IMG/VR virus record: IMGVR_UViG_3300013129_000001
Coordinates: 1-58,142 of that record
Strand: one strand, 5' to 3'
Length of the DNA stretch: 58,142 nt
Source of the DNA: a virus
Lineage: Duplodnaviria > Caudoviricetes
Shown: one piece after another, positions 8,684 through 18,850 of the stretch
How the letters are laid out: each line of letters starts with the position of its first letter
How positions within the stretch are numbered: position 1 is the first letter of the stretch
The notes under the pieces: model-generated
The model's input: the letters and a program-made list of their open reading frames with translations, nothing else
What the model was told of the DNA's origin: nothing
The model's database searches: none
Translations under genes and position numbers: made by a program

Positions 8684-9665
8684 ATAATTTAGCCTTTAAT
8701 TTTTTTGCCTGCTCTTCAGTAAGTAAAAACATCTTCCCTCCCGGACTCTTAGAACACTCTACCTTCCCCGTCTTACAGTAGTATTGCGCCATCCATTTCT
8801 GCCTGTCATTCTCCACAATATCAGATAAACGAATAAGCCTAAGCCATTCAGGAATAGCAAACTTACGATCGTAGCAAGAGATGGGAGATTTATGACCAAT
8901 AATATCAAAAAATTTACCGATAGAAGCAGCACAAATATGAATATCATTTTTAGACTTGTCTCTATTGCATTCAATACCTAAAGATCTTAACTTGGGCATG
9001 AGAATATTTTCAATATCTTCTATCGCAAATGCACAAGTAGCTAATCGCACAACATAAGTATTACAATCCTCAATATAAGTTAAACTACCATCACCTAAAT
9101 ACCATAAAAGAATACTGGTAGGAGTAATACGAACATCTGAGGGAACTTTCTTGGTTTGATTAGGTCCGGAATACCAACGCTCTGCCTGATGAACTATATC
9201 GGGATGAGTGAGAGTTTGTCCCATATAAATAGTGTTGGGGCATTTTTCTGTTACTTTACCGTAAACATTAGGATCGCTTGGTTTATAATCAATTAATTTA
9301 GAAAGTCCAAAAGAAACCCACTCTTTATTTGAAGAATCTAACCTAAATCTTGAAGATGCATATGTCGGCTTCCTAAAATTTATATATCCATCTCCAAGCA
9401 TTAAACCATCCACCCATTCAATTAGAGTCTCCGTCATATGGATTTTATTTTTATCTAACTCTCCCATAACCAAAGAAACACTCTCAGATTTTGTTCTTAA
9501 GGGAATATTATTATTAACAATGTCTTTGTATATTGTTGACGCACTAACAGAAAAACCAAATATATTAATGCTTTCTTTAGATATATCTGTGGTTGATTTT
9601 TTGTCTATTATATATGCCTGCTTTAATTTTTCAACATATAAAGTATCGTATGTTTTTTTCTTCAT
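8676..9665 (-). CDS. Free-standing double-motif LAGLIDADG homing endonuclease
   Basis: Two motifs, WVDGLMLGDGYI and LLWYLGDGSL. More AT-rich than the adjacent capsid gene. Confidence 0.85.
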   Translation of the reverse strand: MKKKTYDTLYVEKLKQAYIIDKKSTTDISKESINIFGFSVSASTIYKDIVNNNIPLRTKSESVSLVMGELDKNKIHMTETLIEWVDGLMLGDGYINFRKPTYASSRFRLDSSNKEWVSFGLSKLIDYKPSDPNVYGKVTEKCPNTIYMGQTLTHPDIVHQAERWYSGPNQTKKVPSDVRITPTSILLWYLGDGSLTYIEDCNTYVVRLATCAFAIEDIENILMPKLRSLGIECNRDKSKNDIHICAASIGKFFDIIGHKSPISCYDRKFAIPEWLRLIRLSDIVENDRQKWMAQYYCKTGKVECSKSPGGKMFLLTEEQAKKLKAKLFI

Positions 9666-9694
9666 ATTTCACCCCTTTATTCTATTCTTCCTAC

Positions 9695-9723
9695 ATTATA
9701 CATACGAACCCAATAATTTTCAA
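9695..9723 (-). promoter_or_regulatory. Sigma70-type promoter of the homing endonuclease
   Basis: Minus strand TTGAAA-17 nt-TATAAT, about 30 nt upstream of the ATG at 9665. Confidence 0.7.
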
Positions 9724-9734
9724 GATAAAAGTGC

Positions 9735-9768
9735 AAAAAAGAACCCCTAGATTTCTCTAGGGGTTCTT
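9735..9768 (-). terminator. Rho-independent terminator after the major capsid gene
   Basis: 13-bp stem AAGAACCCCTAGA/TCTAGGGGTTCTT with a GAAA loop and a U tract on the minus strand. Confidence 0.85.
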
Positions 9769-9794
9769 GGTTTTCAACTATAGATTACTGACGA

Positions 9795-10667
9795 TTAGCT
9801 ACCAGCCGTTACGAGAACTTCAGCAAGAGCGTAATCGTTAATGATTACAATACCGACTTCCTCATAGATGACCCAACCTAGCCTGAGCTTCTTGGGGTCA
9901 TCAGCAGGTAGAACAGTGATGTCCTGACGAATCGGGAATGCACCAACGTACTCAGCCGGAGCGAGCAACATGACTTTGGTGGTCGGGCAACGAGAGCTGA
10001 CATGAATATCAGCCGTGAACAGATGTCCGAACAAACCAGTCGTTAGAACTTCCTTCTGAGTGGCTTCATCGTATACCGTCTTACCGAAGTTACGAATGTC
10101 GGCATAACGAAGAGCGTGGCAAACGATCTTGCCAACGGTCAGGTCATGCTGTTCAATCGTAGCAAACGCCTGATTAAGGGCGTTCAAGCTGAGGGCACCA
10201 CCAGTAGAAACTACGATATTCGCCGGATTGCCAGCAATGGCAGCGAGAATAGCGTTGAAGATGTTGAGGTCTTCTTCCTTCTGGATGGCTTCCTTAGCCT
10301 TAATTTGGGCGCGGTCTACAATGTAGAACCTACGAGCCTTGACTTCCGACAAACGAATCGTCGGGTTAGTAGCAATTTCGAAAGTAGGAACAAGAATTTC
10401 CTCGCCTTCCGTAATCATGTCCGGTACAGCACCGCGTCTTGAAATGACGGCTGCGGTAGCGCGAACGTCTTTTTCATAACGAGCATAAGCACCCTGAGGT
10501 AGTTCGTCTACCATGAGGAGTTTACGACCAACTGCTTGATACTCTAGAGCCCTACGAATCGGTTCAACCATTGCCTGAGCAAGAGCGACACGACCTTCGG
10601 GGGTATCGAGAGCCTGAGCGATCAGGGCTTCTCTCTCTGCGTTTACTGCTTTCTTATCAATAGCCAT
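9795..10667 (-). CDS. Major capsid protein (HK97 fold)
   Basis: 290 aa with a strong AAGGAG RBS, followed by a terminator and downstream of the protease and decoration genes. Motifs such as LEYQAVGRKLLMVDELPQG, VPTFEIA and GWVIYEEVGIVIIN fit HK97/encapsulin-like shells. Confidence 0.85.
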   Translation of the reverse strand: MAIDKKAVNAEREALIAQALDTPEGRVALAQAMVEPIRRALEYQAVGRKLLMVDELPQGAYARYEKDVRATAAVISRRGAVPDMITEGEEILVPTFEIATNPTIRLSEVKARRFYIVDRAQIKAKEAIQKEEDLNIFNAILAAIAGNPANIVVSTGGALSLNALNQAFATIEQHDLTVGKIVCHALRYADIRNFGKTVYDEATQKEVLTTGLFGHLFTADIHVSSRCPTTKVMLLAPAEYVGAFPIRQDITVLPADDPKKLRLGWVIYEEVGIVIINDYALAEVLVTAGS

Positions 10668-10731
10668 TTTAATTCTCCTTTAGTTGTTCTATAGGGTTTT
10701 GATGCCTATAAAATGAACCTTTTTCCTTAAC

Positions 10732-11292
10732 TTAGACAACCAGCTTGAATTCGATGTACTGATTCGTGATTGCAGGCGTTAGACCGTTATTCCCGCCGAG
10801 AGCGATGTCACCGTTAATGTCGGTGCCCGGAACTCCCGAAGGATACGGACCAGCAGCCTGAGTCAGATACGCAACTACGAATGCCGCACCAGCGTCTTCG
10901 CCAGCACCAGCAGCCAGCCTACCCTTAACCGCATAGAGAGCCGAGTAAGGAACAGCAGAAGCGACGTTAGCCGCAAACTGATCCGTAGCGAACTCGCCAC
11001 CGGAGTGGTATACTGTCATCTTGCCAGATGCCTTGGTTTCATCGAAATAGTCCGAAACCCTGTTCTGCCAGCCAGCGGCGATGCCGGGCATTGCAGACTG
11101 AGTTGTGGACTTCGTATCACCCGCGATACCGTAGGTGATGTAATAGGTTGTATTGGTTGTAGTATCAGCTACACCTTCTAGCACAACCTGTCCCAGAGAG
11201 TTCAGGCATACGCACTGACCTTCAAGGATAGTCTGTCCAGCAGCAACGGGTCTTTCGGCCGCTACTACATGAAATTTTTCAACAAGAGCCAT
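10732..11292 (-). CDS. Probable capsid decoration/cement protein
   Basis: 186-aa Gly/Ala-rich ORF immediately upstream of the capsid gene, with a strong RBS and the motif ASGKMTVYHSGGEFATDQF. Confidence 0.65.
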   Translation of the reverse strand: MALVEKFHVVAAERPVAAGQTILEGQCVCLNSLGQVVLEGVADTTTNTTYYITYGIAGDTKSTTQSAMPGIAAGWQNRVSDYFDETKASGKMTVYHSGGEFATDQFAANVASAVPYSALYAVKGRLAAGAGEDAGAAFVVAYLTQAAGPYPSGVPGTDINGDIALGGNNGLTPAITNQYIEFKLVV

Positions 11293-11451
11293 GTTTATTC
11301 TCCTTATTTATTTTCTTTTAACTACTACTTATTGGCCTGTTCTAAATCAACTTGGTATGTGTATCTTTGAATCGTTGTTTCTGCTTTTCTTATTCATCTT
11401 GTTCTAGCAATCATTTCTTCGATGGTATGCCAATTTTACATGTGATACTTA

Positions 11452-11476
11452 TTCTATATTCACTCTCTAAATTCCT
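11452..11476 (-). promoter_or_regulatory. AGG-N19-GAA promoter for the decoration and capsid genes
   Basis: Minus strand AGGAATT...GAATAA with GAA at position 23. Confidence 0.7.
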
Positions 11477-11491
11477 CTTTTTATTTTCGAA

Positions 11492-11525
11492 AGAATAAGC
11501 CCCTGATTTCTCAGGGGCTTATTCT
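11492..11525 (-). terminator. Terminator hairpin after the protease/scaffold gene
   Basis: Perfect 15-bp stem AGAATAAGCCCCTGA/TCAGGGGCTTATTCT with a GAAA loop on the minus strand. Confidence 0.8.
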
Positions 11526-11546
11526 GTATTCTTTCAATCTAGAATC

Positions 11547-14500
11547 TTACTTCTCGCCATAACGAGTCAAACTCTCGTCAAACGACTTATTGCCAATCGT
11601 AAAGGCTGAAGCAATCCTCTTGCTGAGTTCGTTAACGGGGTCGGAAGCCTTGATGTCCTTGGATTCCATAACAATCGCAGGACCCGCATGGACTTCCTTT
11701 GATTCCTGAGTTTCAGCCTGTTTCTTAATCTTAGGATACATACTATCGGCTACCGAGGCGATCTTATCAATTTCAACCTTGGACAGAGCCTCGACAACGT
11801 GTTCATAGGCTTCTTCAGTAATTCTCTTCGTAGCGAGTAACTTAGCAGCAATTTCAACAGCCTTCATCCTTCTGGCAACCGCTATTCTCTCTAACTGAAC
11901 GTCCTTCTTTTGTTGGACGGTCTTGAGCATTTCATCATTGATACCCGGCATACCCTTCTGAACTTCCTTTTCGTGACCCATATAGGCACTGTCAATCGGA
12001 ACATCCGGTCCCTTTAGATCCTTATTAATCGCAGAGTCGGCTTCCTTTTCTTTGCCCATATAAGCGTCCTTACGAGAAACATCCGGTCCCTTGTTAGGTT
12101 CATTGATGAGGGAATCAGCCTTAGATTCCTCGCCCAACTTCTGATCATTGCGAGGAACTTTAGCTTCTACATCTTTTTCTACCGTTTCAACTTCCTTCAT
12201 CTGCTTGGCTTTCTTAACCACCTTTTCTTCCTTGGCGATTACGGTGCCTTTGATTTCGTTGTTGATTGCAGGCATACCCTTTTGAACTTCTTTTTCCTTG
12301 CCCATGAATGCCGAATCTACAGCAACATCGGGGAGCTTCAATTCTTTATTGATCGCAGAATCAGCTTCTTTTTCCTTGCCCATGTAGGCATCCTTGCGAG
12401 GAACATCCGGTCCCTTGTTAGGTTCATTGATGAGCGAATCGGCCTTGGATTCCTCGCCCAACTTCTGATCATTGCGAGGAACTTTAGCTTCTACATTGCC
12501 TTCAATATCCTTAACCTTGGTAGGAGTAGCTGCGATTTTAACAACTTCCTCACCGACCCTCATGATTTTATGAGTTTGCATAGCTATTGCCATTTCTTTA
12601 TCTCCTGTTTTATCTGAAGATACAGCGTCTGAAGATACAGCAGCCGAAGATGCCGTATCGGAAGAAACTGCACTAGATGATTTTGCGTCTGACAAAGCAG
12701 CGTCCGATGAAGCTGCGTCTTTTCCAACCTCAGCAACTTCAGGAACAACCGGGGCTTCTCCGGTAGCTTCCTTGGCAGCATTGGCTAATTCTTCTGCGGT
12801 CTCCTTTGAAACCTCAATAGTCACTGTTTCAGCAGCCTCGTCAATAGAAGATCCAATATCAATATCAATCTCCTCTTCTGGAACTGCATCAACCGGAGCA
12901 GATTCTTCAACGAAGATATCATTAATAGCATCGAGGTCTTGAGCCGTAAGGACTTTTTCCTTGCCAGACTTGACATCATCTGCGAAAGCCATCAAGAATA
13001 CGTTGTCGTCCTCTGTCGATGCAAACTTCTTCTTCATGCACTTACAGGTTGTTTCTGCTTCCTTCTTAGTGAAACCGTGTAATTTCATTTGATCTTCGAC
13101 GCATTCGTCCATAGGATCTTTCTGCGTATAAACAGAGGCTAGTTTTTCCAGATGACGAACCTTGTTTAGTCCCAGTTTTTCCAATTGACTGCAAACGCAA
13201 TCGGCCAACGGCTTACCCTTGCAAGGTCCGAATGAGGCTACTGCATTTCCGCCCCACTTCCTAGCAATTCTCTCGATGCAATTAGCCATCGGGAATTTGG
13301 TCGTGCCGTTAGTGGCGTTCTTAATCATTCCCTGAACTTTCATCAGTGAAGCAAACTTGGCAACGGCCTGTTTGCAATTTGAGCATCCCTCGACGTTGGG
13401 AACCAAATCCCATTTAACTCTGAGATAATTTTGTTCAGGGTTATTGACATTAACGAACACATCCTTTTCTACTGCCGTCTTGCAAGCGGGGCAAGTAAAC
13501 TCGGTATGTCCTGCGTTTTCCTTGGACGCCTTGCAGTGCTTCATTCCGCAAGCAGGGCAAACATTTCCGTGTTTGGCGGCGTTAGCTGCTATTCTAACCA
13601 GACTTCCCTTGTCCCACTTGGTTTGAGCAGCAACTGGAAGGGCAGGAACTTCTGGGGCTTCAGGAGCTCCGGTAGCTTCGTCCTTACCAACGCTTCTGGT
13701 AGGCTTTGTAATCTTGAATTCAATTTCCTTCTTGACAAGAGCCTCATACTCAGCTCCGCAAGCATTACAAGTACCCTTGCCATTTCCACCCTCTTCGGTG
13801 GTTACGTCAACATCCGAGCTGCCGCATTCGGGACAAATTGACCACGGAGGCTGTTGCTGTCCAGCCGTGGGGATTTCGTCGGGAATTTCGGTGTCAACTT
13901 CGTCGGTTGTCAATGCCTGTATCGGTTGCTCTGTCGGAGCGGGGCCGGGAAGACCAGCTTCGGGGGCTCCGGGGGCAGTTACGCCACCGGGAGTTCCGGG
14001 AATTCCACCACCAGCTCCACCGATTTGAGCCTGCTTCTTTACACCTTTCTGGGATGCCGCGGCCGCATTATACGTAGGAAGTCCGGTTTCAGGAGAGATT
14101 TCTCCGCTTGAACCGGCCGGAGGCATATTTGCTTCCAATCCTTCGCCCGTCATATCTGCCTCGGGAACTGTTTCGCCCGTTGCAGGGGCAATTTCTTCGC
14201 CAACAGGAATTTCTACTGCCTGTTCGCCTGCGTCGGTCTGAACAGCTATAGAAATAGTATCGCCGCTAATGGTTACATTCGTGATTGCAGCCAATTTAAT
14301 GTTTTGAGAAGCAAGTGCTCCCCTTGCGAAACTCTTCAGTGTCGACTTGAAGCTGGGATCATCCTTAGATTTGCAACCAACTTCTGCGAAGGTCGTTTCA
14401 ACAATCGTATCAGCCTTTTTCTTCATAGCCTTTTTCTTCATATCAATGGACTTCGACAGAATGGCCCTTTCTGCCTCACGAGTAATTTTCGCATCTTCCT

Positions 14501-17075
14501 TGCCAACGGCAGCTAGAATTTCTTTTCTTTCCGTCTCTCTGGCTTCCTTGGACTTATCTTCGGAAGCACCCTTCAGAGCACTCCTCAGTTCGTCCTTCTT
14601 ACTTACCTTGATCGTCTGAGTCTTGGCTTCGGCCAGTTTCTCATCAACCTTCTTGCTGATAGCAGCCGGTCCTTGACCATCTTCAGTAGCAACGTCAAGA
14701 GCATCAATAATAACTTCAGGATTAATAGTTACGTCAGCAGCGACCTTCCTAAGTCCCCTTACGAGGGTTTCGGCAATCTCTTTGCTTCCAACGCCAGCTA
14801 CTTTAATATTCTTCTTGCTCCAATAAGCAAGTCTCTTGCTATAATCAACATCCTCGTCCTTGGAGGTATCAAGAATAGCATTGCCAAGATCATAACGATC
14901 CTTGGTTGATCCAACGAGAGAAGCGCCAACCTGACAAGCTTCTTCCGGAGTGCATCCAGTAGCAATAACGGTATTAGCGATAACATCGAGAACCGACTTC
15001 ATATGATCGCCGGCACTCTTGAACATGGCAGAGTCCCTCTTAGCAGCTCTGCCCCAAGGCGTATCGACGGCGTCGAGTTGCCTTTCGGTAATCTGCTGAG
15101 GCTCGGTACCAGTCCTATTTCCCTCTAACTGAGCCTGAGTTACTACATTCGGTGCATTTCCCTTGCGAGGAGAAACGCCATCGGAATGATTTTCCAATTG
15201 CGCCTCTGTAATAACATCACGCCCATCACCATCACGGCGAGGGTTGAGTTTGTTGGTTTTAGCCTGAAGTTGAGCTTCAGTAATGACTTCCTGCTCACCT
15301 TGGCGAAGACCCTTTAGCTGGTCCTCGGTAATCGTGTTCTTCTCTTCTTCGGTCCTAGAATGATAAAGACCCTTTTCAACAAGTTGGGCCTCAGTCACAA
15401 CTTCGGGAGCCTTATTAACTGACTTGGCCCCAGCTTCTTTAGTATTGTTTGTCATTACTGTCTCTCCTTCTTTTATTTGAGTTAAGTCCTTTGCGAATTT
15501 GCCCAAAAAGTATGAAGCCGCTTCCTTCGGATTATTTTTGATCATGTCCTTTTCATTATCTGTTAGTGTCTCGTAAGTCCAAGTCATTTTTTTTGGCGAC
15601 TCTTCATTCTTTTTCTCTGCAACAATAATAAATGAGTCGTCCCTCTTTTTTACAGACAACTTACTACTATTGTCCTGCACTGACGGGACTCTATTTATAT
15701 ACTCAAAAAACTCTTGTTTTTCCTTCCACGAATTTGATAAAACTTCAGTTGCCGTTTTTTGATGCTTCATCTTGGCATCTACTGTAAGTCTCTTACCCAT
15801 GGCATTTTCTCCCATATTATTGATTTTTTCAGTCAAATTTAACAGATTTTGAGATATGACCTGTATTCTTCGAGAATCAAAAGCTCTTGGTTTAGCCGGA
15901 GCCGTAATAGGCAATTTTGGCGATTTAACTAGAGGTGCTGTTGGGGATCCGGTCATAGTTCCAACCGCCGGAGCAGGAGCAGCGGCGCCCGGCAGCGGGC
16001 TTTCTGCCGCAACCGGTGTAGCATCCGGAGGAAGACCGGCCGGAGGAAGTTCAACGCCTCCGGGAGCAGCTCCGGCAGCTGGCGTACCCGATGCTGGGGC
16101 TTCAGCAACACCCGGTATGGAAGGCTGCATATTTCCAAAACCAGCACCAACCAACTCATCAACAAATGTTTGAAGTTCAGACAAAATATTAACCAAATCA
16201 CTTGCAAACTCGACTTCAACCTGCTGTCTATTCTTGATAAGTTGAATGGCAATATTTTCTAGTGTTGACAAAACCTCATTCAGCTGTTGTACTTCTTGTT
16301 GCCCGGCTTGTTTTTCAATCGAAGCCGTTTTAACCATAAACAAACTATTCTGCAAATTGGCGACCTTCTTGACAAGATCATCATTATTTATAAGACCCTG
16401 AATACGACAGGATGGGCAAGCCGGATCAACAACGGCACTGAGTTCTATGAATTTAATCCCATAGTTGTACTCAAAAACGGGATGATTGGTGAATTCCTTA
16501 ATTTCGCCGGTAACTACATTCTTAGCTCTACCCGAAAATGTTCTTCCCTTGCGTTCCTTAATATGAGAACAATAGTCATCCGTTTTTTCAGCCTTATTTC
16601 CGCAAATATTACATACACTATACTCAACAGAACATCCCATAGATACGCCAGTTATATACTCTTCTTCAATGCTTCTACATATATGTGGGAACGCCTCTCT
16701 ATCTACAAAAGATATGGTATAAACAGATTTTTCCTCGGGAAGCCACTCTGCAAAAATAACCTTACCTCTGGCATTTTCAACATTCTGATTATCATGGTTG
16801 GTGAAAAATGGAACGCCCTCAAATGTTTTATAAGCCTTCTTGAGTTCGTCTTCCGAGAAATAGTCACCATTAGAATTAGGCTCATTGGCTTTGATGGCTT
16901 TTGATCTAAAAAACAGAGCCGTTGGGTGCTTTTGAATTTCTGATTCTATAATTTTGGCTTTATCACTGCCGGGTTCTATGCAAATAGTTCCAGAAGCCAA
17001 TTTAACAAGCCCAACTTTCCCATCAAAATCTATGGGAAGTAACTTATTGTCACATAAGGCAAATTTGTAGATCAT
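11547..17075 (-). CDS. Giant prohead protease/scaffold polyprotein (1842 aa)
   Basis: N-terminal capsid-maturation protease motifs N.NGD.F, NHD, VSMGC and ELSAVVDPA, with a CNICG..CSH insert. These are followed by low-complexity linkers, zinc ribbons and repeats. Lies between the portal and capsid genes. Confidence 0.8.
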   Translation of the reverse strand: MIYKFALCDNKLLPIDFDGKVGLVKLASGTICIEPGSDKAKIIESEIQKHPTALFFRSKAIKANEPNSNGDYFSEDELKKAYKTFEGVPFFTNHDNQNVENARGKVIFAEWLPEEKSVYTISFVDREAFPHICRSIEEEYITGVSMGCSVEYSVCNICGNKAEKTDDYCSHIKERKGRTFSGRAKNVVTGEIKEFTNHPVFEYNYGIKFIELSAVVDPACPSCRIQGLINNDDLVKKVANLQNSLFMVKTASIEKQAGQQEVQQLNEVLSTLENIAIQLIKNRQQVEVEFASDLVNILSELQTFVDELVGAGFGNMQPSIPGVAEAPASGTPAAGAAPGGVELPPAGLPPDATPVAAESPLPGAAAPAPAVGTMTGSPTAPLVKSPKLPITAPAKPRAFDSRRIQVISQNLLNLTEKINNMGENAMGKRLTVDAKMKHQKTATEVLSNSWKEKQEFFEYINRVPSVQDNSSKLSVKKRDDSFIIVAEKKNEESPKKMTWTYETLTDNEKDMIKNNPKEAASYFLGKFAKDLTQIKEGETVMTNNTKEAGAKSVNKAPEVVTEAQLVEKGLYHSRTEEEKNTITEDQLKGLRQGEQEVITEAQLQAKTNKLNPRRDGDGRDVITEAQLENHSDGVSPRKGNAPNVVTQAQLEGNRTGTEPQQITERQLDAVDTPWGRAAKRDSAMFKSAGDHMKSVLDVIANTVIATGCTPEEACQVGASLVGSTKDRYDLGNAILDTSKDEDVDYSKRLAYWSKKNIKVAGVGSKEIAETLVRGLRKVAADVTINPEVIIDALDVATEDGQGPAAISKKVDEKLAEAKTQTIKVSKKDELRSALKGASEDKSKEARETERKEILAAVGKEDAKITREAERAILSKSIDMKKKAMKKKADTIVETTFAEVGCKSKDDPSFKSTLKSFARGALASQNIKLAAITNVTISGDTISIAVQTDAGEQAVEIPVGEEIAPATGETVPEADMTGEGLEANMPPAGSSGEISPETGLPTYNAAAASQKGVKKQAQIGGAGGGIPGTPGGVTAPGAPEAGLPGPAPTEQPIQALTTDEVDTEIPDEIPTAGQQQPPWSICPECGSSDVDVTTEEGGNGKGTCNACGAEYEALVKKEIEFKITKPTRSVGKDEATGAPEAPEVPALPVAAQTKWDKGSLVRIAANAAKHGNVCPACGMKHCKASKENAGHTEFTCPACKTAVEKDVFVNVNNPEQNYLRVKWDLVPNVEGCSNCKQAVAKFASLMKVQGMIKNATNGTTKFPMANCIERIARKWGGNAVASFGPCKGKPLADCVCSQLEKLGLNKVRHLEKLASVYTQKDPMDECVEDQMKLHGFTKKEAETTCKCMKKKFASTEDDNVFLMAFADDVKSGKEKVLTAQDLDAINDIFVEESAPVDAVPEEEIDIDIGSSIDEAAETVTIEVSKETAEELANAAKEATGEAPVVPEVAEVGKDAASSDAALSDAKSSSAVSSDTASSAAVSSDAVSSDKTGDKEMAIAMQTHKIMRVGEEVVKIAATPTKVKDIEGNVEAKVPRNDQKLGEESKADSLINEPNKGPDVPRKDAYMGKEKEADSAINKELKLPDVAVDSAFMGKEKEVQKGMPAINNEIKGTVIAKEEKVVKKAKQMKEVETVEKDVEAKVPRNDQKLGEESKADSLINEPNKGPDVSRKDAYMGKEKEADSAINKDLKGPDVPIDSAYMGHEKEVQKGMPGINDEMLKTVQQKKDVQLERIAVARRMKAVEIAAKLLATKRITEEAYEHVVEALSKVEIDKIASVADSMYPKIKKQAETQESKEVHAGPAIVMESKDIKASDPVNELSKRIASAFTIGNKSFDESLTRYGEK
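11935..12500 (-). repeat. Two-copy coding direct repeat in the scaffold, period 324 nt
   Basis: VEAKVPRNDQKLGEESKADSLINEPNKGPDV.RKDAYMGKEKEADSAINK...EKEVQKGMP.IN occurs twice. GGCATACCCT is at 11947 and 12271. Confidence 0.9.
15075..15404 (-). repeat. Six [IV]TExQL-like peptide repeats in the scaffold
   Basis: VTEAQL, ITEDQL, ITEAQL, ITEAQL, VTQAQL, ITERQL. Confidence 0.85.
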
Positions 17076-18848
17076 TTAGAGCGTCCTCCCCGCATATTTG
17101 CGAATAATTTTATGAACCTCTTCGGCATCAGCATATTTGCCGTTATTATCAAGATCTTCAGCTATTTTAATTAGATTTTGCAACGTATTACCAAGTAATT
17201 CTTCTAGTGAGGCTTTGTCTTCTTCTGACATTTCAGGAGCCGGAGACTGAGCAGGGGATGGGACTGCGGGTTGGGGAGCGGGGGCTTTCTTTTCCTTCTT
17301 TGGTTCGGGCATATCCTCGCCAATATCTTTTACCATTTGCTCTGGGGTTGCCTGTTCTTTGCCTTCTTGTACCGCCTGTTCTTGACCAGCTTTTGCTATT
17401 CTGAAGTTCTTAAGTTCATCAGTTGTGAAATTCTTGAAATTTTCAGGAGGGTCAAAAATAATAGGTGGAAGATCGCCAACCTTAGCATGTGTTTCTTTAT
17501 CAAGTGTTGTGCCGGCAAAATAAAGAGCGCACATCTCAAACGCACTCTTTAAATCATCATATCCTCTGCCTGCCCCCAATTGAGTAATGGCATCTGAAGA
17601 CGATTGGATAAGATCCTGTAAGCTTTCACCTTTTTCCTGCATTTCTGTATTAGATTTATCAAGAACACGCTGGACTTCTTCGGTAGTAATAAGAATCGGA
17701 TCTTTGCCCTGCTTGGACCTCTTCTTATTTACCTCAAGTCTGATAGGCTTATTGTTCATAACTTCTGCTATTGCCGTCGCTGATAATGCTCCCTGCTGTA
17801 ACGTCTTCAGAATTTCAACCTTAAGTGCAATTTGATAAGATTGATCTTTATTGGTCGGTATTTCTCTCCAATTATTCTGCCCAGACGTAAAAGCAAGAGA
17901 CTTATCCTTGAATTTAGGAGGTGGAACCATCCCTACGGCAGCAGCTTCGCCCGTTTTTTTTGCCTCTAACCACTTCTGATAGGCTTTGTCATAAACATCT
18001 TCGAGCATGGCAAGATTAATATAGGCATTGTTGGCTATTTCATTGGGATTTTTACCCTGAGCCTTGGCAATTTCCATAATGGTTTTTTCATACCAAGGAC
18101 CCATCATCTGCTTAAGTATTTTTACATACCCCTGACTGCCCAATGTTATTTTGACACCCTCAGTCAACATAGGCTTAGTATGGAAAAATTGTTTCACTTG
18201 AGGATTAGAAGGATCTAGGCTATCGATATATTCCTGAACCTTCCTTCTCGGCTGTCTTGATTTTTTGCCGGGGACCTTGCTTTGTCGGGTTGGATCATAG
18301 GGTTCGGGAGGCTTAAATTCTAACGCAAAATCACCATCTTCAAAAGTAACACCAAATGCAGTCTTATAATAATCAATATTTTTACTAATGCTTTTGGCTA
18401 CATCTTCTACGGTTGCCTTTTTCTTTCTCCATATGTAATAATGGAACTTGTCAAAACATTCAGTTTTGATGTGCTCTATTCCATGACCTCCACCCTGACT
18501 TCTATAAGGTCCAATCTGGCATAGATAACCGCCATAGGAAGGATGGTACCCGATATAGGATTTTACTAGCTGAGCAGCGGTTTCATAAGGTATGGCGTAT
18601 TCTTTCTGAGCCCAGTGAAGATCTTTAGCCCTGTTAAATTGAGCTTCGTGCAGTAAATTTGCCATACTAGGGTCATCAAGAAGCCACTCATTCCAATCTT
18701 CGTCTGGACCGGCCGATAACTTATCTACTTCCCACCACTTATATGGATCTCTGTTAACTTGGTGGGTAAACCCCATTGCTTCAACATATCTTTTAACAAA
18801 ATCACTATGCTTATTCTCTTCCCATCTCTGTAGATTGAAAATAGTCAT
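17076..18848 (-). CDS. Hypothetical head-region protein
   Basis: 590-aa ORF abutting the protease start. It ends in ELLGNTLQNLIKIAEDLDNNGKYADAEEVHKII after a Pro/Ala linker. Confidence 0.75.
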   Translation of the reverse strand: MTIFNLQRWEENKHSDFVKRYVEAMGFTHQVNRDPYKWWEVDKLSAGPDEDWNEWLLDDPSMANLLHEAQFNRAKDLHWAQKEYAIPYETAAQLVKSYIGYHPSYGGYLCQIGPYRSQGGGHGIEHIKTECFDKFHYYIWRKKKATVEDVAKSISKNIDYYKTAFGVTFEDGDFALEFKPPEPYDPTRQSKVPGKKSRQPRRKVQEYIDSLDPSNPQVKQFFHTKPMLTEGVKITLGSQGYVKILKQMMGPWYEKTIMEIAKAQGKNPNEIANNAYINLAMLEDVYDKAYQKWLEAKKTGEAAAVGMVPPPKFKDKSLAFTSGQNNWREIPTNKDQSYQIALKVEILKTLQQGALSATAIAEVMNNKPIRLEVNKKRSKQGKDPILITTEEVQRVLDKSNTEMQEKGESLQDLIQSSSDAITQLGAGRGYDDLKSAFEMCALYFAGTTLDKETHAKVGDLPPIIFDPPENFKNFTTDELKNFRIAKAGQEQAVQEGKEQATPEQMVKDIGEDMPEPKKEKKAPAPQPAVPSPAQSPAPEMSEEDKASLEELLGNTLQNLIKIAEDLDNNGKYADAEEVHKIIRKYAGRTL

Positions 18849-18850
18849 AA

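Noticed and set aside
8676-9795. Group I intron hosting the LAGLIDADG ORF
   Set aside because: The flanking genes are complete and convergent, and a terminator and separate promoter precede the ORF. No interrupted exon is evident.
9795-10667. Cellular encapsulin rather than phage capsid
   Set aside because: Portal, prohead protease and terminase genes in the same region indicate a virion head module.
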